Shown here one piece after another: positions 1 to 8,005 of a DNA stretch of 35,544 nt (positions within the stretch are counted from its first letter, which is position 1; every line of letters begins with the position of its first letter). Both the position numbers and the translations under genes were made by a program. Source of the stretch: Sphingomonadales bacterium (GTDB lineage Bacteria; Pseudomonadota; Alphaproteobacteria; Sphingomonadales; Sphingomonadaceae); contig JAYTMV010000400.1 in NCBI GenBank assembly GCA_043728175.1, forward strand, positions 1 to 35,544, given 5' to 3'. The notes beneath the pieces are model-generated. The model was not told the DNA's origin, did no database searches, and saw only the letters and a program-made list of their open reading frames with translations.

Positions 1-2
1 TA

Positions 3-377
3 GGCGGCACAAACCCGACTGGCGGAGTAGGCGGAAAGCGGCACCCAACGATTGGCAACGGGGTGATCATCAGCCTTGGTGCCGCCGTACTCGGCCCCGT
101 TATTGTTGGTGACAACGCCCGCGTTGGTGCCAATGCTGTCGTCAACAAAGACGTGCCAGAAGGCGCGACGATGATTGGCATTCCCGCGCGCTCAACGCTG
201 GTTGAGGTGAAGCCTGCAACGCAGGATTTCGTGCCTTACGGGACGCCGTGCAGCGAGCGGTTTGATCCGGCAACGCAGCAGTTTGAAATCCTCAAATGTG
301 AGCTTGAGACACTCCAGAAAAAGCTGGCTGTGCTTGAGGGCGAGCGGAGCGCAAATCAGGATAAGAAAAGCGCCTGA
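3..377 (+). CDS. cysE: Serine O-acetyltransferase, 3' part (5' end outside window)
   Basis: Frame is open from position 3: [47 protein letters not shown]...IGIPAR. This is the KRHPT motif plus hexapeptide repeats of CysE. Confidence 0.9.
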   Translation, partial: GGTNPTGGVGGKRHPTIGNGVIISLGAAVLGPVIVGDNARVGANAVVNKDVPEGATMIGIPARSTLVEVKPATQDFVPYGTPCSERFDPATQQFEILKCELETLQKKLAVLEGERSANQDKKSA

Positions 378-715
378 TGGGAGTCGTTACCCCGTTTCCA
401 GTTACCAAAGATGCGCAGACTGTTTTTGATCGCGCTGAATTGACACGTATCCTTGATCTTTATGGGCGGATGGTCGCGGCGGGGCATTGGCGCGATTATG
501 CGATTGAAATGCAGCGCGATGTGGCTGCCTTTTCAGCGTTTCGCCGCGCCGCCGAACGTCCTGAATACCGCGTCGAAAAGCGCCCGGCCCTGCGTAACCG
601 CCAAGGCATGTGGGCGCTGATCGGAGAGGCGGGCGTTGTTCTCAAACGCGGGCACGAGCTCGGCCCAATACTCGCGCCCGTTGAACGACGATTTATGAAA
701 CTGGTTGAGGGCTGA
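377..715 (+). CDS. DUF2794-like conserved alphaproteobacterial protein
   Basis: FDRAELTRILDLYGRMVAAGHWRDYAI...FSAFRR...P.YRVEK pattern; start overlaps the cysE stop (TGATG). Confidence 0.8.
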   Translation: MGVVTPFPVTKDAQTVFDRAELTRILDLYGRMVAAGHWRDYAIEMQRDVAAFSAFRRAAERPEYRVEKRPALRNRQGMWALIGEAGVVLKRGHELGPILAPVERRFMKLVEG

Positions 716-1615
716 TTACTGCCCCTGCATCCGCTGCATCACTGCCATTGATTGCTCAGAGCCGGATTGCGGCACAGTTTCGCCCGTACGGTCGGTGATT
801 TCGGCCCAATGCGCCGCGACGCCCTCGGGGGTACGTTCAGCTTCGTCCAGGATAATCCCGCGTGTCAGTGTGACATTGGCAGTGTGGAAGAAGCCAGCGC
901 CTGCTCCCATAATCACGTTGGAAGGCGCATCTTCTGACACGAGATAAAGTGCTGCGGGCGCAACATTTTCGGGCGCAAATGCTTTGAAGGCTTCAGGCGG
1001 GAAGATGTCCTCGGTCATGCGCGTGCCTGCAATTGGCGCAAGCGTGTTGACGCGGACGTTATATTTCGCGCCTTCAAGATACAGCGTCTTGGTGAGGCCC
1101 GCGAGGCCAAGCTTAGCCGCGCCGTAATTGGCTTGGCCGAAATTGCCATAAAGCCCAGTGGAGGATGCGGTCATCAGGATGCGGCCATAAGCTTGCTCGC
1201 GCATCAAATCCCAAACTGCCTTGGTGCAGTTGGCCGAACCCGAAAGATGGACTTTCACCACCAGATCAAAATCGGCTGGTTCCATCTTGGTGAAGCTCTT
1301 GTCGCGCAGGATGCCCGCGTTGTTCATGAGAATATGGACGCCGCCCCAGGCTTCCTTCGCCTTGGCGACCATTTCGACCATCTGGTCATATTCGGTGACG
1401 CTACCGCCGTTTGACATCGCTTCTCCGCCCGCCGCTTTGATTTCTTCGACCACCTTGAGCGCCGCATCCGAATGGCCAGTGCCATCCCGCGATCCGCCAA
1501 GATCATTGACGACCACTTTTGCGCCGCGCTTGGCGAGTTCAAGCGCGTAAACCCGGCCAAGTCCGCCGCCTGCGCCAGTCACAATGGCTACGCGGTCTTT
1601 GAAAGTGATCGTCAT
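716..1615 (-). CDS. SDR family oxidoreductase (MFE-2/hydroxyacyl-CoA dehydrogenase-like)
   Basis: TGAGGGLG Rossmann motif, VVVNDLG, NNAGILRD, catalytic YGAAK in GNFGQANYGAAK. Confidence 0.92.
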   Translation of the reverse strand: MTITFKDRVAIVTGAGGGLGRVYALELAKRGAKVVVNDLGGSRDGTGHSDAALKVVEEIKAAGGEAMSNGGSVTEYDQMVEMVAKAKEAWGGVHILMNNAGILRDKSFTKMEPADFDLVVKVHLSGSANCTKAVWDLMREQAYGRILMTASSTGLYGNFGQANYGAAKLGLAGLTKTLYLEGAKYNVRVNTLAPIAGTRMTEDIFPPEAFKAFAPENVAPAALYLVSEDAPSNVIMGAGAGFFHTANVTLTRGIILDEAERTPEGVAAHWAEITDRTGETVPQSGSEQSMAVMQRMQGQ

Positions 1616-1769
1616 TTTTATGTCTCCGTCTTATCTAATGCGGCATTGCCCTAACGTTTCAATCGCGCCGCGCAAGCGCGATTGGTGCCAAAGATTGTTA
1701 ACGCTCTCGACATTTGCTGTGCGAAGCGGTTAAGCCATTAGGGCGGAGTATCGTTTGCGGGGCCAGTCA

Positions 1770-2177
1770 ATGCGTGATGAGGACAGTGATAGCGAAGTAA
1801 GCGGCGCGGTGCCAGATGCTGGACGTCGTGCGCTTATGCTTGGCGCGGTGGGTGCGTCGGCAGTGTTGACTGTGCGCCCAGCGCTTGCGCAGTCGGCGGC
1901 ATCGGTACTTAATTGTCAGATTCCTGTGCCTGATCCAGCGCGTGCAGGCCAATTTATTGCGGCCGACGGTACACTTGTTGCGCCGGGCACTGCAGGCGCG
2001 TTCGCGCCGTCACCGCGCCCCTTCACCGGGCAACAGGTGAAGCAAGCGCTGCAAGGCCGCACGCTTCCGGGCACCAGCTACACCCAAAGCCAAGCCTATT
2101 TGAACTATATCCGCCGCCTGCAATATGGCCAGAGTGGTTTCACTTGCTTTGCATCGTTGCAAATGCCAGGCCGCTGA
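1770..2177 (+). CDS. Small Tat-signal-like protein; candidate precursor/substrate of the downstream RRE-kinase-nucleotidyltransferase genes
   Basis: Acidic N-terminus, then GRRALMLGAVGASAVLTVRPALA-QSAASVLNC (twin Arg, hydrophobic core, AxA site). C-terminus GQSGFTCFASLQMPGR. First gene of a co-directional cluster. ATG 1770 preferred over TTG 1755. Confidence 0.7.
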   Translation: MRDEDSDSEVSGAVPDAGRRALMLGAVGASAVLTVRPALAQSAASVLNCQIPVPDPARAGQFIAADGTLVAPGTAGAFAPSPRPFTGQQVKQALQGRTLPGTSYTQSQAYLNYIRRLQYGQSGFTCFASLQMPGR

Positions 2178-2189
2178 CGCGGCCTAGCG

Positions 2190-2459
2190 ATGGGGGCGTC
2201 AATCTACGCCGTAAGCCTGCCGCTCAAGTCGGTGATGCTTGACGGCTTAAGCGCGATTTACCACCGCACGTCGGGTGCGACGCATGTTGTGGCAGAGCCT
2301 GTTCCGCAAATTTTTAAGGCTTTCGGTAATGACACGCTGACGCTGGCCGAACTGCTCACACGGCTTGGTGCGGACTATGATTTGGCGGATGATGTGGAGG
2401 GCGCGCTGATTGCCCGCCTTGATGAGTTGGTTACGCTCGGCCTAGTGACCCAATTATGA
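2190..2459 (+). CDS. PqqD-family RiPP recognition element (HPr-rel-A system peptide chaperone type)
   Basis: 89 aa: beta-rich N-half (LDGLSAIYHRTSGATHVV), helical C-half ending LDELVTLGLV, typical of PqqD/RRE. Sits directly before an HprK-related kinase. Confidence 0.85.
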   Translation: MGASIYAVSLPLKSVMLDGLSAIYHRTSGATHVVAEPVPQIFKAFGNDTLTLAELLTRLGADYDLADDVEGALIARLDELVTLGLVTQL

Positions 2460-3319
2460 GGCATAGCACGACCGTTACTATTGGCCCGCGCACGTTTCGT
2501 ATCGGCAGCGATTGGCGCGCGCCAGTGGAAGCAGTGGACGCACTCTACCGCGATTACCCAGCACCTGCGTCACCAATCCCCGATTACACCGTGCGGCTTG
2601 AGGCCGCAAAGTTTGGACGGCGGCTGTTCCGGCCCTCAATTGCCATTCGCGGCGACTATACCCTGCCCGAGGCAGTGCCGCAGTCGCTCGCGCACGGACT
2701 GATTTCAGCCGAAATGGCGATGAATCTTCAGATGGCGCTTGGTGAGCGGCGCTTCCTGTTGCTTCACGCGTCAAGTGTGGAAAAAGACGGCAAGGTACTG
2801 ATCATGACGGGCGAGTCAGGGTCGGGCAAATCAACGCTGTCGGCACTGCTCGCGTCGCGCGGCTGGCGCTTCATGGGGGATGAATTTGCACTGATTGATC
2901 CGGTAAGCGGCAATGTTCACCCGTTTCCAAGGCCTATCAGCCTCAAGAATGAGGCGATTGGAGTGATGCGGGCACTGCTCCCTGCAACACGGTTCGGGCC
3001 GTTGCAAGCGGGCACCGCAAAGGGTGATATCTGCCACCTGATCCCTGATAAAGCCGCGATTGCGGGGATGAATGATCCCGCCCGCCCCGCGCTGATCCTC
3101 TTTCCCGGATACGGCCTGCCGCGCGACATTCGTCCGATTGGCACTAGCGAGACCTTCGTGCGGCTTACACGGGCGTCCACCAATTACACCGCGCTTGGTG
3201 AGGCTGGATTTGATGCGCTCAGCCGGCTCGTCACCGCAGTACCCGCCTGCGCAATTGACTATCCTGACACCGATACCGCGCTGGCGTTGGTGGATGAATT
3301 GTGGGCGGCACTGCCATGA
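2456..3319 (+). CDS. HprK-related kinase A
   Basis: LLHASSVE, Walker A GESGSGKST, GDEFALID, PFPRPISLK. Lacks the N-terminal domain of true HprK. ATGA overlap with the PqqD gene. Confidence 0.88.
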   Translation: MRHSTTVTIGPRTFRIGSDWRAPVEAVDALYRDYPAPASPIPDYTVRLEAAKFGRRLFRPSIAIRGDYTLPEAVPQSLAHGLISAEMAMNLQMALGERRFLLLHASSVEKDGKVLIMTGESGSGKSTLSALLASRGWRFMGDEFALIDPVSGNVHPFPRPISLKNEAIGVMRALLPATRFGPLQAGTAKGDICHLIPDKAAIAGMNDPARPALILFPGYGLPRDIRPIGTSETFVRLTRASTNYTALGEAGFDALSRLVTAVPACAIDYPDTDTALALVDELWAALP

Positions 3320-4329
3320 TTGATGCGCGCCTCCTCACCAAAACGCTCAGCGAACCGGGCTATGCGATGCGCCTTGATGCGCGTGGCTGGACATCGCTCC
3401 TCACCCTTGCCCATGCCGAACGACTGACCGCGAGTCTTGCGTGGCGGCTTGAGGGGTTAAAAGTCCCGCCCAAAGCGGCGGCGATCCTTGCTGAGGCCAA
3501 AGCGAGTGCGGAGGTTGGCCGTACCCACGCCCTGTGGGAGGCGGAGATGGCGCGGCGTGCACTTGGGCCACTAGGCATTCCACTTATTCTCTTGAAAGGC
3601 ACCGCTTTCGCCGCCGCTGGCCTTGATGCGGCGCGCGGGCGCTTGATTGGCGATCTCGACATATTGGTGCCGCGTGACCGTCTGGACGGCGTTGAGGCAG
3701 CGCTGCTTGGCGCGGGCTGGGAATGGGTCAAGCCTGATCCGTATGACGACGCCTATTACCGCACCCACATGCACGAGCTGCCCCCGTTGATCCACACCGC
3801 GCGTGACCGGATGATCGATGTCCATCACACAATTCTGCCGCTGACAGCGCGCGTAAAGCCCGATGCGGCGGCGCTGATTGCTGATGCGGTTCCGCTCGGC
3901 GATGGGCTCTTCACGCTCTCCCCGCCCGATATGTTGATCCACGCTGTTGCGCATCTATTTGCCGATGGCGACATGAACGGCGGCCTGCGCAACCTGTGGG
4001 ATATCGACCGCCTGATCCGCGAACATGGGGACGCACCCGACTATTGGGCGCAGTTGCTAGAACGTGCGCGGCTCCACGGATTAGTGCCCCACGTCTCACG
4101 CGCGCTGCGGCTCAGCCAGCATTTGTTTGAAACCCCGGTTGATCCGTTCCTTACCTACGAAGCGCGCAAGGGTGATATTTTCTACATGGGGCGCTTGCTT
4201 GCGCGGGGCGGCTGGGGGCAGGAAACGCGCAAAGTTCTGCGGCTTGCCTTCTACATCCGTTCGCACTGGCTGCGGATGCCCCCGCTGATGCTTGCGCGGC
4301 ATTTGTGGGTGAAATGGCGGCGGGGTTAG
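3316..4329 (+). CDS. Nucleotidyltransferase family protein (NTP_transf_5-like)
   Basis: ILLKG...R...GDLDILV metal-binding motif, IDVHH, LIHAVAHLF. ATG 3316 overlaps the kinase TGA. Confidence 0.85.
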   Translation: MIDARLLTKTLSEPGYAMRLDARGWTSLLTLAHAERLTASLAWRLEGLKVPPKAAAILAEAKASAEVGRTHALWEAEMARRALGPLGIPLILLKGTAFAAAGLDAARGRLIGDLDILVPRDRLDGVEAALLGAGWEWVKPDPYDDAYYRTHMHELPPLIHTARDRMIDVHHTILPLTARVKPDAAALIADAVPLGDGLFTLSPPDMLIHAVAHLFADGDMNGGLRNLWDIDRLIREHGDAPDYWAQLLERARLHGLVPHVSRALRLSQHLFETPVDPFLTYEARKGDIFYMGRLLARGGWGQETRKVLRLAFYIRSHWLRMPPLMLARHLWVKWRRG

Positions 4330-4712
4330 GGCTGGCGGACGGGCGGTGTCGCGCCTTTGGCCGATTTAACGAAGCTCTTGTCGAATGTGGCGAGCCATTC
4401 GCACTGTGTTGATGAGGCCAAATGAAGCGCATCGGCAAAATCTACGCCTTGCTCGGTCAGTGTCAAAGCGTGGTGGACTGCTTCCAGACGCTCTACAGTT
4501 ATATTTTCGATGTTGGTCAGCCGTTCAAATGCGCGCGTGGTCGCTGATTTTGAATAGCGATAAACGCGTCGCAAAATCCATTCTGATTCTAAAATGACGG
4601 TAAGAGGTACAAAGCAGGGCGTCCCTGCGACTAAATTCCTTGCGCGCTCCGTGTGTTCAGGATCATCATCCAGCACAAGCCGCAGGAAGACATTGGTATC
4701 GACCGCTACCAT
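4326..4712 (-). CDS. vapC: VapC/PIN-domain toxin
   Basis: AVDTNVFLR, ILESEWIL, DFADALHL, LATFD: PIN acidic residues. Confidence 0.9.
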   Translation of the reverse strand: MVAVDTNVFLRLVLDDDPEHTERARNLVAGTPCFVPLTVILESEWILRRVYRYSKSATTRAFERLTNIENITVERLEAVHHALTLTEQGVDFADALHLASSTQCEWLATFDKSFVKSAKGATPPVRQP

Positions 4713-4987
4713 CGTCCTTGGCGAACTTCCTCGGCAATGCTATCATCAATCCTGCGATCAACTTCCTCTTGCGAAAGTGGCGGGCCATCATATTTGAGAA
4801 TGCCGACGAGATCATCAACGGTATATTTCTTTTTGGTTTCAACTAGCTTTACCATCACACCGCCTGGCACGTCCTCAAGCATGAGCTGCGCACCGGGTTT
4901 CCACTGTTTCAGATCGCGCAGCGCCTTTGGCAGAACCATTTGTCCTTTTGACGAAAGCGTCGTTGTTACAGTGGCTGTGGCGGGCAT
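4706..4987 (-). CDS. AbrB/MazE/SpoVT-family antitoxin
   Basis: TTLSSKGQMVLPKALRD...W.PG AbrB motif; overlaps the PIN gene start. ATG 4987 taken as the start. Confidence 0.88.
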   Translation of the reverse strand: MPATATVTTTLSSKGQMVLPKALRDLKQWKPGAQLMLEDVPGGVMVKLVETKKKYTVDDLVGILKYDGPPLSQEEVDRRIDDSIAEEVRQGRW

Positions 4988-5004
4988 TGCTGTATTCCAT
5001 ATAA

Positions 5005-5021
5005 GTAAGACCAACGTAAGA
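5005..5021 (-). promoter_or_regulatory. Candidate antitoxin operator (direct repeat TCTTAC-N5-TCTTAC on the minus strand)
   Basis: GTAAGA at 5005-5010 and 5016-5021, 11-bp period, just upstream of the antitoxin start. Confidence 0.4.
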
Positions 5022-5042
5022 TATCATGCTGAACGCCGGTAA

Positions 5043-5726
5043 TCAACCCAACCCCCGCAGCACCCCGATCAATTCATCGAAATGACCAATCACCGCGTCG
5101 GCATTCATTTCTTCAAGTGAGTGCATCAAAAAGCCAAACGCACAGGCCACGCTTGGCACGCCCGCCGCTTTGGCTGCCATCGTGTCATAGATTGAATCGC
5201 CAATGAACACCGCACGCGGGCCGCTTCCCAGAGCCTGACACCGCGTGATCAGTTCGGTGATCGTATCGCCCTTTGGTTTAGCACGTTCCTTACCGAGCGT
5301 ATCAACGCCGATCACCGCGACCATCCGCTCAAGCAGGCCAAGATCGGCCAACGCCTGCTTCGCCAGACTTTCAAACTTGTTGGTGACCACGCCGTAACGC
5401 ACCCCCATCACGTCAAGCTGATCAAGCAGCACGACCGCGCCGGGAAAGGGCTGCGTATGCACTGAAACATGTTCAGTATAATAAGCCATCATCGCGCGAT
5501 AAAGCGGGCGGAACTCATCTTCGGCAATCCCGCCGCTGGCTTTGAGGCCGTACTCAAGCATCATCTTCGCGCCGCCGCCGATCATAGGCTTGACCTCATC
5601 TATGGTCAGCAGCGGTTTGCCAGCGAGCGCCAGCGTGTGGTTGACCGCAGCGGTCAGGTCACCGCTCGTGTCGAGCAAGGTGCCGTCAAGATCAAATCCG
5701 ACGATATCAAAAGGAAAATCAGCCAT
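5043..5726 (-). CDS. gph: HAD-family phosphatase (phosphoglycolate phosphatase-like)
   Basis: FDLDGTLLDT motif I, VVTNK, KPK, FIGDSIYD. Divergent from glmU. Confidence 0.85.
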   Translation of the reverse strand: MADFPFDIVGFDLDGTLLDTSGDLTAAVNHTLALAGKPLLTIDEVKPMIGGGAKMMLEYGLKASGGIAEDEFRPLYRAMMAYYTEHVSVHTQPFPGAVVLLDQLDVMGVRYGVVTNKFESLAKQALADLGLLERMVAVIGVDTLGKERAKPKGDTITELITRCQALGSGPRAVFIGDSIYDTMAAKAAGVPSVACAFGFLMHSLEEMNADAVIGHFDELIGVLRGLG

Positions 5727-5786
5727 CCTACGCCCGTGTCAGCCCCCTATAGAAATGGCAAGCATTTGGTGGCAATGGCACGCTCT

Positions 5787-7142
5787 ATGACAGACACACC
5801 TATCGCCGCCATCATCCTTGCTGCGGGCAAGGGCACCCGGATGAAATCCGATCTTCACAAAGTGCTTCACCCGATTGCGGGGCGGCCAATGCTGATGCAC
5901 TTGATGGACGCGGTGGACGCACTCACTCCTGCCAAGAAAGTTGTCGTGGTCGGTAGCGGCAAAGATCAGCTTGAAAAAGCGTTGGCTGGATCGGCTGAAC
6001 TTGCGGTTCAGGAGCCGCAATATGGCACGGGCCATGCAGTGCAAATGGCTGAAAATGCGCTGGGTGGCTTCGACGGCGATGTCCTGATCCTTTACGGCGA
6101 TGTGCCGTTCGTGCCGACGTCCACAATGCAGGGGATGATTGACCGACTGAATGCGGCCGATGCGCCAGCGGTAGTCGTACTGGCGTTTGAGCCTGATGAT
6201 ACCCAGTCTTACGGACGGGTGATTACCGACGGCGATTACATCACCAAAATGGTCGAGCATAAGGATGCGACGTCAGAAGAGCGGGCCTGCCGCCTCTGCA
6301 ATTCGGGCCTGATGGCGGTTAGGGCGCGTGACTTGTTCGGCCTCCTCGCCCGCGTCACCGATGATAATGCGGCGAAGGAGTTTTACTTGGTTGATATCGT
6401 CAATATTGCCAATTCCGATGGCCGCCACTGCGCGGTAGTGAAAACCGATCCGTTCGATGTCACAGGCATCAACAGCCGCGCCGAACTCGCAGGCGTCGAG
6501 GGGAAATGGCAGCAGCGCCGCCGCCTCCGCGCGATGGATGACGGCGCAACGCTGATCGCGCCAAAGACCGTCTGGTTCGCCTATGACACTATGATTGGCC
6601 GCGACGTCCTTATCGAACCCAATGTCTTTTTCGGCCCCGGCGTGAGCGTGGCCGACCACGCCAAAATCCGCGCCTTCAGCCATATCGAAGGCGCAACCAT
6701 CGGCGCGCACTGCGAAGTCGGCCCCTATGCCCGCCTTCGCCCCGGAGCGGTGCTGGAGGAAAAGGCCAAGGTCGGCAATTTCGTCGAGGTCAAAAAAGCA
6801 CGGATGGGTAAAGGCGCAAAGGCCAACCACCTCAGCTATATCGGCGACGCAGATGTGGGCGCAGGCGCAAACATTGGTGCTGGCACAATCACCTGCAACT
6901 ATGACGGCTATTTCAAATATCAAACGGTGATTGGCGCGGGTGCGTTTATTGGCAGCAATTCAGCGCTGGTCGCGCCGGTGAAGATTGGCGCGGGGGCGAT
7001 TGTGGGCGCTGGCAGCACGGTGACGAAGGATGTGGCCGACGGCGAGCTGCGGCTGGTGCGCGCGGAGCAATCGGCGAAGGCAGGCTGGGCAGATCGGTTC
7101 AATGAGGCGATGCGGAAGAAGAAGGCGGGGAGCATAAAATGA
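5787..7142 (+). CDS. glmU: Bifunctional UDP-GlcNAc pyrophosphorylase/glucosamine-1-P acetyltransferase
   Basis: ILAAGKGTRMKS, GTGHAV, LYGDVP, EFYLVD, GPYARLRP, KANHLSYIGD, GAGTITCNYDG. Start ATG 5787. Confidence 0.97.
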   Translation: MTDTPIAAIILAAGKGTRMKSDLHKVLHPIAGRPMLMHLMDAVDALTPAKKVVVVGSGKDQLEKALAGSAELAVQEPQYGTGHAVQMAENALGGFDGDVLILYGDVPFVPTSTMQGMIDRLNAADAPAVVVLAFEPDDTQSYGRVITDGDYITKMVEHKDATSEERACRLCNSGLMAVRARDLFGLLARVTDDNAAKEFYLVDIVNIANSDGRHCAVVKTDPFDVTGINSRAELAGVEGKWQQRRRLRAMDDGATLIAPKTVWFAYDTMIGRDVLIEPNVFFGPGVSVADHAKIRAFSHIEGATIGAHCEVGPYARLRPGAVLEEKAKVGNFVEVKKARMGKGAKANHLSYIGDADVGAGANIGAGTITCNYDGYFKYQTVIGAGAFIGSNSALVAPVKIGAGAIVGAGSTVTKDVADGELRLVRAEQSAKAGWADRFNEAMRKKKAGSIK

Positions 7143-7585
7143 ACTTCGCAGTCTTGGGCCTAGCCATAGATGTGCTCGGTGTACTAATTTTAGGCATTGA
7201 TTTATTTCTACTGCAACGACGTCTCCGGAATGAAGCTCAGAATCGCCTTGATACTGTCCAAGGAGTATTGGATAATCATGAAAATACTGAAGGCTGGCTA
7301 GCCGATATTGCCAATCAGGCAGATTGGCGTGATGGCGATATAAATGAAGGACGATGGCAACCGCAAAGCGGTAGCTTTAGCCACCGTGCCGCTCAATCGA
7401 GCTTCGAGGAAATGTCGGAGACCGTTGCCGCTTTAGCTACTGATCTTAAAACACTCGCTAAAATTACCTACACAGCAGTGTCTGCTGATCGCAAAACAGC
7501 AAACCGATCCGTTTGGTTGACTGCATTGGGTCTTACTTTGATCGTTATAGGGTTTACTATGCAGGCTGTGGCAGCAAGCTCTTGA
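7139..7585 (+). CDS. Hypothetical membrane protein (one predicted TM helix at each end)
   Basis: 148 aa with hydrophobic termini; more AT-rich than neighbours; ATGA overlap with the glmU stop. Confidence 0.65.
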   Translation: MNFAVLGLAIDVLGVLILGIDLFLLQRRLRNEAQNRLDTVQGVLDNHENTEGWLADIANQADWRDGDINEGRWQPQSGSFSHRAAQSSFEEMSETVAALATDLKTLAKITYTAVSADRKTANRSVWLTALGLTLIVIGFTMQAVAASS

Positions 7586-7652
7586 CCTGATATCAGGGCA
7601 AAAGTCGGCAACTTTACACTTGTACGACGACAAGATTAGGTCAATTTAAATC

Positions 7653-7726
7653 CGTCATTGCGAGCGAAGCGCGGCAATCTAGTCCCACCGTTGCCACTGG
7701 ATTGCCGCGCTTCGCTCGCAATGACG
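7653..7726. repeat. Long palindromic element (REP/RPE-like hairpin)
   Basis: CGTCATTGCGAGCGAAGCGCGGCAATC (7653-7679) is the exact reverse complement of 7700-7726 (27-bp arms), extendable by 4 bp with one G-T pair. Confidence 0.9.
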
Positions 7727-7767
7727 ACGCTGCCAAGTAATAGCATGGTTTAATTTCAATCTGCTCT

Positions 7768-7864
7768 CTTCGTGCCTTCGTGTCTTCGTGTGAAATAAAT
7801 CCCTCCTATCCGCCAGCCCGAACGCTCGAAAATTGGACTCACACAAAGGCACAAAGCCACAAAG
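7768..7864. repeat. Inverted pair of triple heptamer repeats
   Basis: (CTTCGTG-N)x3 then TGA at 7768-7793; TCA then (CACAAAG-N)x3 at 7839-7864. Confidence 0.8.
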
Positions 7865-7932
7865 GGCGCATCACGAAACACTGGTATTTCCACCAAATCT
7901 CGCATAACCTTTCTCTCCGAAAGGCGCATCCG

Positions 7933-7968
7933 ATGACCCAACTTGATCGTATCACCTTCAACCCCGGA
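7933..7968 (+). pseudogene. Probable 5' stub of a DUF433-type antitoxin gene
   Basis: GAAAGG RBS-like site, then MTQLDRITFNPG, which resembles the DUF433 N-terminus (xDRIxxxPxxxxGKP). Similarity is lost after about 12 codons. Confidence 0.5.
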
Positions 7969-8005
7969 CTGAAATTTAACTTCAAGTCACTGCGCTCTGA
8001 ACCCC

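Noticed and set aside
1694-1741. CtrA boxes upstream of the RiPP-like locus (also TTAAC near 29700)
   Set aside because: Only isolated TTAA half-sites; no TTAA-N7-TTAA spacing.
1770-4329. Lasso peptide or PQQ biosynthesis cluster
   Set aside because: No asparagine-synthetase-like cyclase, transglutaminase-like B2 peptidase or pqqBCE; the upstream ORF lacks a lasso-type leader/core layout.
5469-5786. N-terminal extension of GlmU in the ORF track
   Set aside because: Overlaps gph on the opposite strand; GlmU homology begins at ATG 5787.
7768-7864. CRISPR array or coding ORFs (7756-7941, 7780-8061)
   Set aside because: The repeats are 7-mers with no spacers and there are no cas genes; the ORFs are translations of repeat and intergenic DNA.
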